This document shows positions 10,424-20,254 of a stretch of 32,000 nt of DNA, one piece after another. How positions within the stretch are numbered: position 1 is the first letter of the stretch; each line of letters begins with the position of its first letter. Under the pieces are notes generated by a model, which was given only the letters and a program-made list of their open reading frames with translations, had not been told where the DNA came from and ran no database searches. Origin of the DNA: Methanocaldococcus jannaschii DSM 2661 (GTDB lineage Archaea > AGJL01 > Methanococci > Methanococcales > Methanocaldococcaceae). Both the position numbers and the translations under genes were made by a program. The stretch is from the NCBI RefSeq assembly GCF_000091665.1, contig NC_000909.1, positions 443,581-475,580 of the forward strand, read 5' to 3'.

Positions 10424-10509
10424 GATTATTAATTGGATTGAATTTACACCTCCGCCATAAGGCGGAGGTGTTAGGGTGTGTCCCAATAGAGGGTTTCCCC
10501 CTATGGTGG
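10424..10509. mobile_element. Hairpin element, locus 2
   Basis: TTTACACCTCCGCCATAAGGCGGAGGTGTTAGG + GTGTCCCAATAGAGGGTTTCCCCCCTATGG. Flanked by 10392-10423 and 10510-10542 (about 30/33 identical), the 5' end/RBS of the neighbouring gene. Confidence 0.85.
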
Positions 10510-10564
10510 TTTTATTTTTCCCAATACCATAAAATATCACCTAAAAAATCAATTTATTGATAAT

Positions 10565-11290
10565 TTAACTATTTATTGTTTCTTCATCAGTCTCTTCCTC
10601 TTCTTTATCCTCTTCTATCAATTCAGGAGCAACTCTTGGCAATACAACCTCATCTATAAACTTTTTATGGACAATGTATTCCTTAGGTTGAACAATTACA
10701 GGTATATCATTTAGCGTTAAAGATATTGCTTTCCTTAATTCTCCTTCCTCAGTTCTAAATTCAACAGCTCCAAATCTCACAAATCCTCTGATAAACATCC
10801 CCGTAAATATTTCTGGATTTGCTTTAATTCCAAACAGTCTCAATCTTCCCCATCCGTATCCATCAAATATTCTAAATATGGTGTAATCTTTACCCGTAGA
10901 TGTTCTTTTATGTTGAACACCTACAACAATTCCAACTATTATCCCTCTCTGAATAGGGACTCCATTAATATCCAAGTAAGTTATTCTTTCATCATCTTCG
11001 TCAATTCTTTTCAAATACTTGGCTCTACACAGAGACAATGGAATTGGAACTGCAGTTCTCATTTCTTGCCCTTTAACAACCTTCAAATCATCTAAATTTC
11101 CAACAAACCTTACATCTTTTTTTGGATATGGTTCATATATACCCAATATGCTTTCATAATCATCAGCCTTAATTTGCAAATAGATTTCCTCTAACTCCTC
11201 AACACCTTCATCAGTATAGACGGTTGAGTATCTCACAATCTCTACTCTATCATCCTCAATTTTTATCCCATATTTTACCATAATCATCAC
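10565..11290 (-). CDS. OB-fold-like protein, possibly RPA-associated
   Basis: GIIVGIVVGVQHKRTSTGKDYTIFRIFDGYGWGRLRLFG followed by an acidic C-terminus. Confidence 0.5.
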   Translation of the reverse strand: MMIMVKYGIKIEDDRVEIVRYSTVYTDEGVEELEEIYLQIKADDYESILGIYEPYPKKDVRFVGNLDDLKVVKGQEMRTAVPIPLSLCRAKYLKRIDEDDERITYLDINGVPIQRGIIVGIVVGVQHKRTSTGKDYTIFRIFDGYGWGRLRLFGIKANPEIFTGMFIRGFVRFGAVEFRTEEGELRKAISLTLNDIPVIVQPKEYIVHKKFIDEVVLPRVAPELIEEDKEEEETDEETINS

Positions 11291-11553
11291 CTGTAATAAT
11301 TGGTAATAATAATTTATGTGACTATATGACTATACAAATCTTTATATATGCCCATATATATACTTTTCGGTTAAACCAACTTGATGCTAAAAAAAAATCA
11401 ATACTTAATATAAAAACAGAAATCTCAATAGATTCATCAAAAATAGCTTAAAAATAAATTTATTATTGGGACTTCTGCAGTTTATATATCAACTTTGGAA
11501 TTTAGATGCCTAAAAGACATTAATTTCCTTTAAAGATTTATTCTTGTATTATA

Positions 11554-12306
11554 TTATTTCTTTTCCCACATCTTTATGGCATTAGTTGGACATACATCTA
11601 CACATCTTCCACACAATATGCACTTATCCTTATTAATCTTAACTTTATCTCCATCTTGATCAATTGCGTTGATAGGACATTCTTCAATACAAACTAAACA
11701 TCCAACACATAGATTTTTATCAACTTCAATGTCTCTGGTTTTTATTACCTCTCCAAGCTCTCTCTCAACCTTTATACATTTTTTTGGGCAGACCTCAGCA
11801 CAAGCACCACAACCCATACATAAATCTAAATTAACCTCAATGCTCTTTCTTCTAACTGCCTTTATAGCATTTGTTGGACAGAATCTTGCACAAATTCCGC
11901 ATTTTATGCAAGTATTTTCATCAAGCTCATATTTTTTTAACCTAATCTTTCTGTGAGGGATTGATTTTTCTTTTATTGTATAATGAACTTCGCTATCTTC
12001 AATCTCTGCCCTTCCCTCTATAACATATATTGCTCCAACAGGGCATGTTTGGGCACAAATTTCACATTTAACACATTTATCTTCAATTATCTTTGCAGAT
12101 TTTTTAACCTTCGCTTTTTCAATTGCATCTACTGGGCATTCTTTGTAGCAAAGATTGCATCTAATACATTTAGTTTCGTTGATATATAACAATTTATAAG
12201 TTATGGGAGTTATTTTTTTGGCTACCTCATTAATATACTTTTTATCCCCATCTATCTTTGATAATATCTCATCCAATGACTTTTTTATCTCAATCAATGT
12301 AATCAC
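11554..12306 (-). CDS. Polyferredoxin (multiple [4Fe-4S]), Eha-associated
   Basis: Repeated CxxCxxCxxxCP motifs (CIRCNLCYKECP, CVKCEICAQTCP, CIKCGICARFCP, CMGCGACAEVCP, CVGCLVCIEECP, CILCGRCVDVCP). Confidence 0.9.
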   Translation of the reverse strand: MITLIEIKKSLDEILSKIDGDKKYINEVAKKITPITYKLLYINETKCIRCNLCYKECPVDAIEKAKVKKSAKIIEDKCVKCEICAQTCPVGAIYVIEGRAEIEDSEVHYTIKEKSIPHRKIRLKKYELDENTCIKCGICARFCPTNAIKAVRRKSIEVNLDLCMGCGACAEVCPKKCIKVERELGEVIKTRDIEVDKNLCVGCLVCIEECPINAIDQDGDKVKINKDKCILCGRCVDVCPTNAIKMWEKK

Positions 12307-12349
12307 CTTTCAATGCAAACTATTATGACTTTTTATGAAATAGTATTTC

Positions 12350-12841
12350 TTATCGTAATATTATAGCATTTAACGGGCAAATTTCTTCACACTTTCCACA
12401 AAGCTCACACTTATTTATATCAATCCTTATTTTACTTCCATATTCTTCAATAGCATTAAATGGGCAATTCCTTAAACAAACTAAGCAAGATGCACATCTC
12501 TCACTTATATAATCAATAAATTCATACTTATCTACTTCAATAATCCTTGCATCTTCGTTAATTTCGCATCTCAATCTTATTATTACAATTGCATTTGTTG
12601 GACAAACTTTTTTGCATTTTCCACAAAACACACATTTTTCTTTATTAATAGTTATATATAACCCATCACTACTGTAGGTTATTGCATTCACTGGGCAGAT
12701 TTCAATACATTTTCCACAGCTAATGCATTTATCCTCTTTAACGATAATCTCTCTTTTATTTAAAATAATATTAAATTTTGGGAGTAATTGGATATTTTTA
12801 TCAGCTAAATTGAAATGTTTAGCTATTATTTCCTTTATCAT
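12350..12841 (-). CDS. Polyferredoxin, Eha-associated
   Basis: CISCGKCIEICP, CVFCGKCKKVCP, CASCLVCLRNCP, CELCGKCEEICP. Confidence 0.9.
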   Translation of the reverse strand: MIKEIIAKHFNLADKNIQLLPKFNIILNKREIIVKEDKCISCGKCIEICPVNAITYSSDGLYITINKEKCVFCGKCKKVCPTNAIVIIRLRCEINEDARIIEVDKYEFIDYISERCASCLVCLRNCPFNAIEEYGSKIRIDINKCELCGKCEEICPLNAIILR

Positions 12842-14045
12842 ACAGCTCCCTCTTTTTTTCCATTATTCTTTTATTTTCTTCATAAACTCTCCTTTTTAGC
12901 TCTTCTTTCAACTTTTTGAGGGATAACTTTTCAATCTCTTCTTTAACCTTTCCATACTTCTCAGTGTATAAGACTAAATCCTTCTCAATGCTCTCAATTA
13001 TCTTATCCTCTATTATTCTAACTTTAACCGCCTCTTCTGCCTCTTCTGGCTTAACAACTTTTATAGCTCCAACAGGACATTCTCTTGCGCATGCTCCTCC
13101 TCTAACACACAACTCTGGAACAATATATGGTAGTTTTGTCTCTTTGCTAATTTTAATAGCCCCTGACCCACACACTTTCTGACAAATTCTACAGCCAATA
13201 CACAAATCCTCATCAATAACGTAGCAAATATCCTTCCTCTTTGGTATAATTGGTTTATAAATCCTTATTGCAGTAGTTGAACAAACTTCTATACATAAAC
13301 CACACTTTACGCACTCAACAACCTTTTTTTCATTTAAATCAATCTCTCCTACGCATACATCTTTACATATTCCACAACTTACACACAAGCCACTAACAAT
13401 ATGTGGAATTTTTTCAATAACGTTCTCCTTAATTTCCAACTTCCCAGTAATTTTTTTATTTTTAATTTCAAAGGCTTTATCTATCTTCTCTTTCAATGTT
13501 TTTTCATCAACAACAACTATTGCATTCTCTATAGGACAAACTTTGATACATTCTTTACAAGAAATACATAAAGCCATATTTATTACATATTTCCCTTCTT
13601 TACGCTCAATTACATTGATTGGGCAAGCTCTTTCGCAATTTCCACATCTAACACAGACTTCCTCGTCAATTATAAGATTGCTATATTTAGGTTTATCAAA
13701 AAATAAGCCCTCTGTCTCAACCCTATGCTTATCCATCTCTAAAACTCCTGTTGGACAAACTTCAATACAGTTGGCACATGCTACACAAGAACCTTCATCA
13801 ATCACTGGAAGTTTTTTGTTATACTCTTCGTTGTATATCATTTCAATTGCAAAGGCTGGACAACTTTCCTTACAACCTTCACAGGATATACATTTCTCAG
13901 GAAATTTAACAATTGGAGGTATTTTTCTATATCTTTCTGGAGGAATATAGGAGCTTTTATCTGATTTTGCATCAATAAATCTTTTAATCCACTTTTTTCT
14001 TGCAAATTCATAAAGATACCATAGCGAAGATGCCATAACAATCAC
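12819..14045 (-). CDS. Polyferredoxin, Eha-associated (EhaP-like)
   Basis: Many CxxCxxCxxxC(P) motifs; follows ehaO; overlaps adjacent ORFs. Confidence 0.88.
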
Positions 14046-15184
14046 CTAAATTTAATACTAATTGGAATCTCCTTGCCATCCTTTACTGCAACTATGCATC
14101 TCTCTGTGCATGAAACGCAAGGGTCGATACTTGTATAAGCAGATACAGCATCAGCTACAGTTGGACAAGTCTTTAGCATATATTTATACGCCTCCAAGTT
14201 CATAACTGTAGGAGTTCTAATCATTATCCTCTTTATTATCCCTCCATCAGTTATTTCCATCCTATAAGTTACCTCTCCTCTTGGAGCTTCATTCCTCCAC
14301 TCTCCTTTTCCTCCTTTAATCTCTGCCTTAACCCTTATATCTCCAGAACACTCTTCATAATGCTCTAAAGCCTCTCTAATTAATCTAACGCTCTCAATAA
14401 TCTCTTCATGCCTAACCATCATCCTTGCAAAGTTATCTCCTTCCTCCCTCCACACTGGCTTAAATTTCAACTCTTGATATGTTGAATGTCTTAACCTCCA
14501 ATCACTTTCTGGCAATCCAGAACCTCTACAAATTGGCCCAACAGCCCTCGTCCTCATAACTTCATGATATGGCAAAATACCAATTTCTTTACTTCTTAAA
14601 GCTATTAAAGGCCCTGTTTCAAAAACCTCAATAATATTTTTTAGTTCATCTTCAAAGATATCGAGTTTTTTATATATCTCATCCATCATCTCTCTATTTA
14701 TGTCTCTTCTAACTCCCCCAATTACATTATAACCCATATTAACCCTATTTCCAGTAATCATCTCCATTAAATCCATAATTATTTCCCTAACATTCAAAAG
14801 CCACATAGCAAGTGTTTCATGTTCAATAGATAAATTATACACTGCTGAAGCAATTAAATGGCTGTGTATTCTCTCTAATTCACAAGTAACTACCCTAAGA
14901 TATTTTGCCTTGTCTGGAATCTCTATCTTTGATATATGCTCAATGCATTCAGCAAACGTCATCGTATGCACATAGGAACAGATACCACAAACTCTTTCTG
15001 CTAAGTGAATTCCTTTATGGCAATGTTTTCCTTCCATAATTTTTTCTATTCCTCTATGAACATAACCCATTTCAATTTCAGCATCAACAGGTTTCTCTCC
15101 ATCTAAAACAAGTTTAATCCTTAACGGCTCTTTCAATACTGGATGAATTGGTCCTATAGGAATTGTTGCCATATTTTCACTCAT
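14042..15184 (-). CDS. ehaO: Energy-converting hydrogenase Eha large subunit
   Basis: N-terminal [12 protein letters not shown] and C-terminal DPCVSCTER cysteine pairs of a [NiFe] large subunit. Confidence 0.9.
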
Positions 15185-15638
15185 CTTTATTTTTTAATCT
15201 CTTTTCTCTCATTGCTATTGCCTTAGGAGCTACCTTTAAGATTGTTTCAATAATCTCAGAAGGTCTTGGAGGACATCCAGGGATTTTTGCATCTACAGGA
15301 ATAACTTTATCAACTCCTCCAACAACATGTCCTTCCTTAAAAATCCCTCCACTCAATGCACAAGCTCCAACAGCAACAACTATCTTTGGTTCTGGTGTTT
15401 TTTCATAAATCTCCTTTAATCTCTCTGCCCATTGTAAAGTTACTGGCCCTGTAACTAATAAAACATCCGCTTCTCTTGGGTTATTATGGACGTAAATCCC
15501 ATACTGCTCAATATCGTATCTTGGAGCTAAGCAGGCAACTATCTCAATATCGCATCCATTACAACCCCCAGTATTGACAACACAAACATGTATTGACCTT
15601 TTTCTGAATAATTCTTTCATCATGGCTATTCCTCCCAA
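15177..15638 (-). CDS. ehaN: Energy-converting hydrogenase Eha small subunit; real start likely one of the ATG ATG codons at the repeat, after GGAGGAATAGCC
   Basis: [38 protein letters not shown]. Confidence 0.9.
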
Positions 15639-15711
15639 TAAATTTTAAGAGGCATTGCTTCTTTGCAGAAGCAATGCATCCTGGGTATCCCAATAGGGCG
15701 AAGCCCTATGG
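15636..15711. mobile_element. Hairpin element, locus 3 (youngest-looking copy)
   Basis: 76 bp GGCATTGCTTCTTTGCAGAAGCAATGC + GTATCCCAATAGGGCGAAGCCCTATGG. Flanked by a perfect 35-bp direct repeat TTTCTGAATAATTCTTTCATCATGGCTATTCCTCC (15601-15635 = 15712-15746). Confidence 0.95.
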
Positions 15712-15736
15712 TTTCTGAATAATTCTTTCATCATGG

Positions 15737-16159
15737 CTATTCCTCCTTTAACAATTTGATAATCATCTGCCTACCTTCCTCCAACGCCTCTTTATATGGC
15801 TTTTTATACAGCAAATAACTTTCAACTACCTTTTTTCTAATTAAATCTGCTTCTTCTTTTTTTATAAGTCCAAAGAAATCACTAAGCCAGCACAGCCCTA
15901 AATCAATATCTACCTTCCTTCCTAAACAGCCCATCTTTGCCTGCTCTGCATAAGCATGGAGTTCATAACAAGATGCAAAATCCAATTTTTTTGCAAATAT
16001 TTCAATAACTTCCTCAACCTCTATCTTTAAAGCTTTAGCTATTGGAATAAATACATCATCCATTAAAAATCTATTATCCTTAAGAACATTCATCTTCTGT
16101 TTTAATGAATTCTCAACATATTTTTTGTCAATATCAACAATCTCAGTCATAATTACCAC
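15737..16159 (-). CDS. ehaM: Eha subunit M
   Basis: Position between ehaL and ehaN; sequence consistent with DUF1959/EhaM. Confidence 0.8.
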
Positions 16160-16437
16160 CTCAAGAAATAAAGAAACAGGGCAACTGCTAATCCAACAAC
16201 AAATTCAACTCTTCCATATCCAGGTCTCATACCTAAAGGAAATCCAATTAATAGACATCCAAGCATATACAACGGAGAATTAATTAAAATCCCCCCAAAT
16301 ACTGAAATAGCTAAGGCAAACTTATCAATACCTTTTTCTACATAAGGAGAGGAGTATTTTCTATAGCTATATTCCAATCCAATAAAGTTTCCAATGATAA
16401 ACAATATTATAGCCAAATTTAGCTCAAATAATCCCAT
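16153..16437 (-). CDS. ehaL: Eha membrane subunit L
   Basis: Small hydrophobic protein in conserved eha order. Confidence 0.78.
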
Positions 16438-16448
16438 GATTTCACCAT

Positions 16449-16703
16449 TTACACAGGAATGTAGAGTTTATAAATTGCATATGCAAAGAAAGCTAAAACT
16501 AAGAGCATAAATAAAACCTCAATATCTTCCATTTTATGGGCTATTTTTTTGTTTATGGTTGAGATTGTTAATATCAAGATTAAGCTAAATGCTAAAACTA
16601 CTGGAATGACATTTATTTGCAATAGATTAACCAATACACAATAAATCACGGCAATAATGCATGCAATTGTAAAGAAATAAATGTAGCTTTTCATTTTATC
16701 CAC
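16449..16703 (-). CDS. ehaK: Eha membrane subunit K
   Basis: Small hydrophobic protein; GTG start within a duplicated overlap with ehaJ. Confidence 0.75.
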
Positions 16704-16725
16704 CCACTGTTAGTCTGTATAAGAC

Positions 16726-16868
16726 CCATAGAGGGGCTTCGCCCCTCTATTGGGATACTCCCCAAATCTTACTAATTTACACCTCCGAGCGTAAGCGAGG
16801 AGGTGTTAGGTTTTGGTGAAGCTTTTACTAAAAGGTTCATCCCAATAGGGGGTTTCCCCTATGGATAC
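16726..16868. mobile_element. Composite hairpin element, locus 4 (two inverted cores plus CACCTCC hairpin)
   Basis: CCATAGAGGGGCTTCGCCCCTCTATTGGGATAC ... TTTACACCTCCGAGCGTAAGCGAGGAGGTGTTAGG ... ATCCCAATAGGGGGTTTCCCCTATGG. Flanked by a 46-bp direct repeat (16680-16725 vs 16869-16914, 41/46 identical). Confidence 0.93.
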
Positions 16869-16884
16869 AATGTAGCTTTTCATT

Positions 16885-17772
16885 TTATCCACCCACTATT
16901 AATCGATATAGGACATCACACAATACAAGTCCAGCAATTGTCATTTGAAGCATGACTGAATGATGAGGAGCTAATAATGGTGTTAATCCATTAACAAATG
17001 CTAAAATCACTGTCATTACAACCATTACAGCCAATGTTAATACAGGGCTGTTTATTACTAAAGGACCAATAAATACAGCTATAAAGAGCCAGAGCAATAC
17101 AAAGTATGCTATTGCCTCTGCAATGTAGATTATAGCCCCTAATAAACCATAATGCTCTGTCATATATCCGCTAACAATATCTTTACCCTTAACTATCCCA
17201 AATGGACTGTTTGGAGCTTTTGAAACAAGCAATATAAAGAATGCGAATGCACAAATTGGCATTTTAAACAATAAACTGCCGTGTATTTCTTGATAACTCA
17301 ATATATCTGAAATTAAAACTGAATGTGTTGTTAAGTATATGGCAGCAACAACTGCAAATAATGGCACTTCTGCAGCTGCTGAAAAGACACTTCTAACCCC
17401 TCCTATCTTTCCATAAGGAGACCCAGATGACAAACCACAACCATGCTCCACTATTTTTTGCAATACATAGATTCCTATAATTATAAGGAGGGATGACTTG
17501 AAATCAATAGCTATAATTAATGCAGCTAACCAAATAGCAATATCCAATAAAGCTACAAATATATAGAGAGGATTTCCAGCAGTTATTGGGAAAGTTATTT
17601 CCTTTACATAGAATTTTAGTGTATGCAATAGATATTGGATTATTGGAGGTCCTGGTCTTCCTTGAATCCTTGCCATTATTTTTCTATGTAATCCAAGTAA
17701 CAGAGAACCAACAAGAAATGCATGGATTGTTAAGTTTATAGCTCCGATAAGTGAAGTATCCATAAGCATCAC
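16885..17772 (-). CDS. ehaJ: Eha NuoH-like integral membrane subunit
   Basis: KIMARIQGRPGPPIIQYLLHTLKFYVKE (NuoH family), multiple TM segments. Confidence 0.88.
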   Translation of the reverse strand: MMLMDTSLIGAINLTIHAFLVGSLLLGLHRKIMARIQGRPGPPIIQYLLHTLKFYVKEITFPITAGNPLYIFVALLDIAIWLAALIIAIDFKSSLLIIIGIYVLQKIVEHGCGLSSGSPYGKIGGVRSVFSAAAEVPLFAVVAAIYLTTHSVLISDILSYQEIHGSLLFKMPICAFAFFILLVSKAPNSPFGIVKGKDIVSGYMTEHYGLLGAIIYIAEAIAYFVLLWLFIAVFIGPLVINSPVLTLAVMVVMTVILAFVNGLTPLLAPHHSVMLQMTIAGLVLCDVLYRLIVGG

Positions 17773-17783
17773 CCAGATTTTAT

Positions 17784-17904
17784 CAGTTGTAAATTTACAC
17801 TTCCGAGCGAAGCGAGGAGGTGTTAGTTTTTGATGAAATGGAGAGCTATGCTTTCCAGCTATGAAAACTCTAAGAGTTTTCGTTCAACTTTTTCTAAAAG
17901 TTTC
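17784..17904. mobile_element. Hairpin element, locus 5 (degenerate/variant core)
   Basis: TTTACACTTCCGAGCGAAGCGAGGAGGTGTTAG and variant ...GAGCTATGCTTTCCAGCTATG... Flanks 17734-17783 vs 17905-17953 share GTTTATAG..TCC..AT.AGTGAAGTATCCATA...TCACCCAGATTTT (5' end of ehaJ). Confidence 0.78.
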
Positions 17905-17964
17905 GTTTATAGTCCCTATCAGTGAAGTATCCATATCCTCACCCAGATTTTTATTTTAATATTT

Positions 17965-18174
17965 TCAATATCCTCTAAATGGCAATTTTCCAGCATCTTT
18001 TCTTCTTGTTTTTGGAATTATAAATGCTCCAATTCCATATAGGAGAGAAGGAACTGCAATAATATATAGGACATAGCAAATCAACCCATTAAGCATAACA
18101 ATCCCAATAACACACAACAAACCAATAATCAATGAATATAATCCATATTTTCTCTCTTCATCCATGTTTTTCAC
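17965..18174 (-). CDS. ehaI: Eha membrane subunit I
   Basis: Small hydrophobic protein between ehaH and ehaJ. Confidence 0.7.
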   Translation of the reverse strand: MKNMDEERKYGLYSLIIGLLCVIGIVMLNGLICYVLYIIAVPSLLYGIGAFIIPKTRRKDAGKLPFRGY

Positions 18175-18184
18175 CTAAAGTATT

Positions 18185-18841
18185 TTAAATTGTCAATAGA
18201 ATCTCAACAGTCCTTACAATCAACAACAGTGAGGAGAGGTGTATCATCAATATGTATGGTGAGCCAGGAGCTCTAAACATCTCCGCCTTTGCAGCATAGA
18301 AGGGAGCTATCCCAGTTTCTCCAGCCATTCCAGCGGCAAATATAATTTTTTCAAATAATAGGGATGTTTGTATTTTTGGCAGTTCAAAGATTGATAATGT
18401 CCCTGTTTTAGCCAATATCATCCCTGCAGAACCAAATAATGGAAGGGTGGCAATCATCGCTATAAGTCCATACTGATAACTTGCATTTAACACCCATTCT
18501 CTTTTAACTGCTGAGACAATACCTATATTTGCAATCCCAACTAAAGTTAAGAATAAGGCATAATCAAACAAATCATAAGTTAGCATAGCTCCAGCAGTTG
18601 CTATTCCGCAGACAATAGCCATCATTCTCCTAATTTTTAACTCATTTAGTGTTACTACCTCTAATTTATCTTCAATTTTAAATTTTTGAGCTTCTAACTG
18701 CTTTTCTGGCTTTGTTAAATAAACTATGATGGTAAATATTACTGCAGTGATAAATCCAATAATTGAAAATTCTGAAAAGCCAAATACAATGTCTCCAAAT
18801 GGAACAATTCCAAATAGATAGCCAGTTATTGATTCAATCAT
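18185..18841 (-). CDS. ehaH: Eha membrane subunit H
   Basis: Hydrophobic, conserved eha order. Confidence 0.8.
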   Translation of the reverse strand: MIESITGYLFGIVPFGDIVFGFSEFSIIGFITAVIFTIIVYLTKPEKQLEAQKFKIEDKLEVVTLNELKIRRMMAIVCGIATAGAMLTYDLFDYALFLTLVGIANIGIVSAVKREWVLNASYQYGLIAMIATLPLFGSAGMILAKTGTLSIFELPKIQTSLLFEKIIFAAGMAGETGIAPFYAAKAEMFRAPGSPYILMIHLSSLLLIVRTVEILLTI

Positions 18842-18854
18842 TTTATCTCACCTA

Positions 18855-18945
18855 ATTTTATTAAATAATGGACATTAATTAGGGCTGAAAGCCCTAACTT
18901 AATGGACGGGTGGTATAGCAATAGGAGGTCTCCTCCTATGCTTTG
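18855..18945. mobile_element. Hairpin element, locus 6 (diverged)
   Basis: GGACATTAATTAGGGCTGAAAGCCCTAACTTAATGGAC (shared with locus 1) + GGTATAGCAATAGGAGGTCTCCTCCTATGC. Flanks 18834-18854 vs 18946-18966 (19/21). Confidence 0.8.
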
Positions 18946-18949
18946 TCAA

Positions 18950-19654
18950 TCATCTTACCTCACCTATATATCCAATAAGTCCAAGTTTTGAGCCAACCTT
19001 TATAACTAAACCTAAACCAGCCATCAATAGACACAGTAACCATTTATCTGGGAACACAAAGAAACCTATAAATCCAAATATCCACAAAGCCCATGCAATT
19101 CCAGATAATCCAGATATTCCCTCCCACATTGTTTTTAATTCCTCTGAAATCTCCACGCCAATAACTCTCTGAGATAGTGCATAAAACAGCAATCCAGTAG
19201 CTATAACCGCCCCTCCAGTAAATCCACTCAATATAGCTCCATAAACAATTAAAATTATTGCCAAAAATTTTGGTGAGGTTTTTAAAATTTCCATATGAAT
19301 ATCATACTTCAATTCTCCTGTATATAGTGGAAGTTTAAACTCTTCAAACAACTTGTAGCTTTTTGGCTTAGGTCTTTTTGATTTTAGATATTTTCTTGTT
19401 ATTAAAACCTCTGAAACTGCTAAAAGTTCAGCTAAACTAACAACTAAACCTGGCAAAATTAACGCTTCAGCTAAATCTGTTCCAACACCTGCTATAATTA
19501 TAAGCATGGCACACTCAACAACATCAGTCAATATTAAAGCATGTAAATCATTCTTTTGAAATCCAATAGCCAATAATGACAAAATTCCAATAGCAAATCC
19601 AACCAATATCGTTGGATGGTATATACTGTAGATGATGTTCTCCATCTCTCCCAC
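18950..19654 (-). CDS. ehaG: Eha membrane subunit G
   Basis: Hydrophobic; conserved eha order. Confidence 0.8.
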
Positions 19655-20131
19655 CTAATCCTTGTTGAAGAATAACCAGCTAAATATTATGAACGATATT
19701 AGCAGTATAGAACTTTCAAGCACTGTATCCATTCCTCTTGTATAGTATAGGATTTCATCCAATATTCCTCCAGGTGTTGAGACTATTGTTGTCCCAAAGT
19801 AGTAGGTTTTATCTTTAATCCATTCAGCTATTGGAGTTAGATAGGCAGTTATCTTTCCAAGATTAGGTTCATATTGTGGATATTGAGCTTTTAACTCTGC
19901 AGGTTCTTTTAATGGAATCCCTCCTCTATCATAAGGTGCTAATGGTGTTTTTAGTGTTTGAGAGTGAGGAATTGGTTTTGGATAAAGTTGATTGGGATTT
20001 AAGTAATGAGGCATCAATAACCCAAATATAAAGACTAAAGCTAAGAATACAGAGAATATTCTTGGGACAATTTCTGGCTTTGATAAATAGTTCCATATTT
20101 TACCAAGTTTTTTCATTATTACCCACCTCAA
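19655..20131 (-). CDS. ehaF: Eha membrane subunit F; likely start [12 protein letters not shown]
   Basis: Membrane protein; conserved eha order. Confidence 0.8.
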
Positions 20132-20228
20132 ATTTTTCCAAACAAATTAATCAAAATTAATTTACACCTCCGAGCGTAAGCGAGGAGGTGTTAGGGTGTA
20201 TCCCAATAGAGGGTTTCCCTCTATGGTT
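20127..20228. mobile_element. Hairpin element, locus 7
   Basis: TTTACACCTCCGAGCGTAAGCGAGGAGGTGTTAGG + GTATCCCAATAGAGGGTTTCCCTCTATGG. Flanks 20102-20126 vs 20229-20253 (22/25), the start of ehaF. Confidence 0.88.
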
Positions 20229-20254
20229 TCCAAGTTTTTTCATTATTTCCCCCT

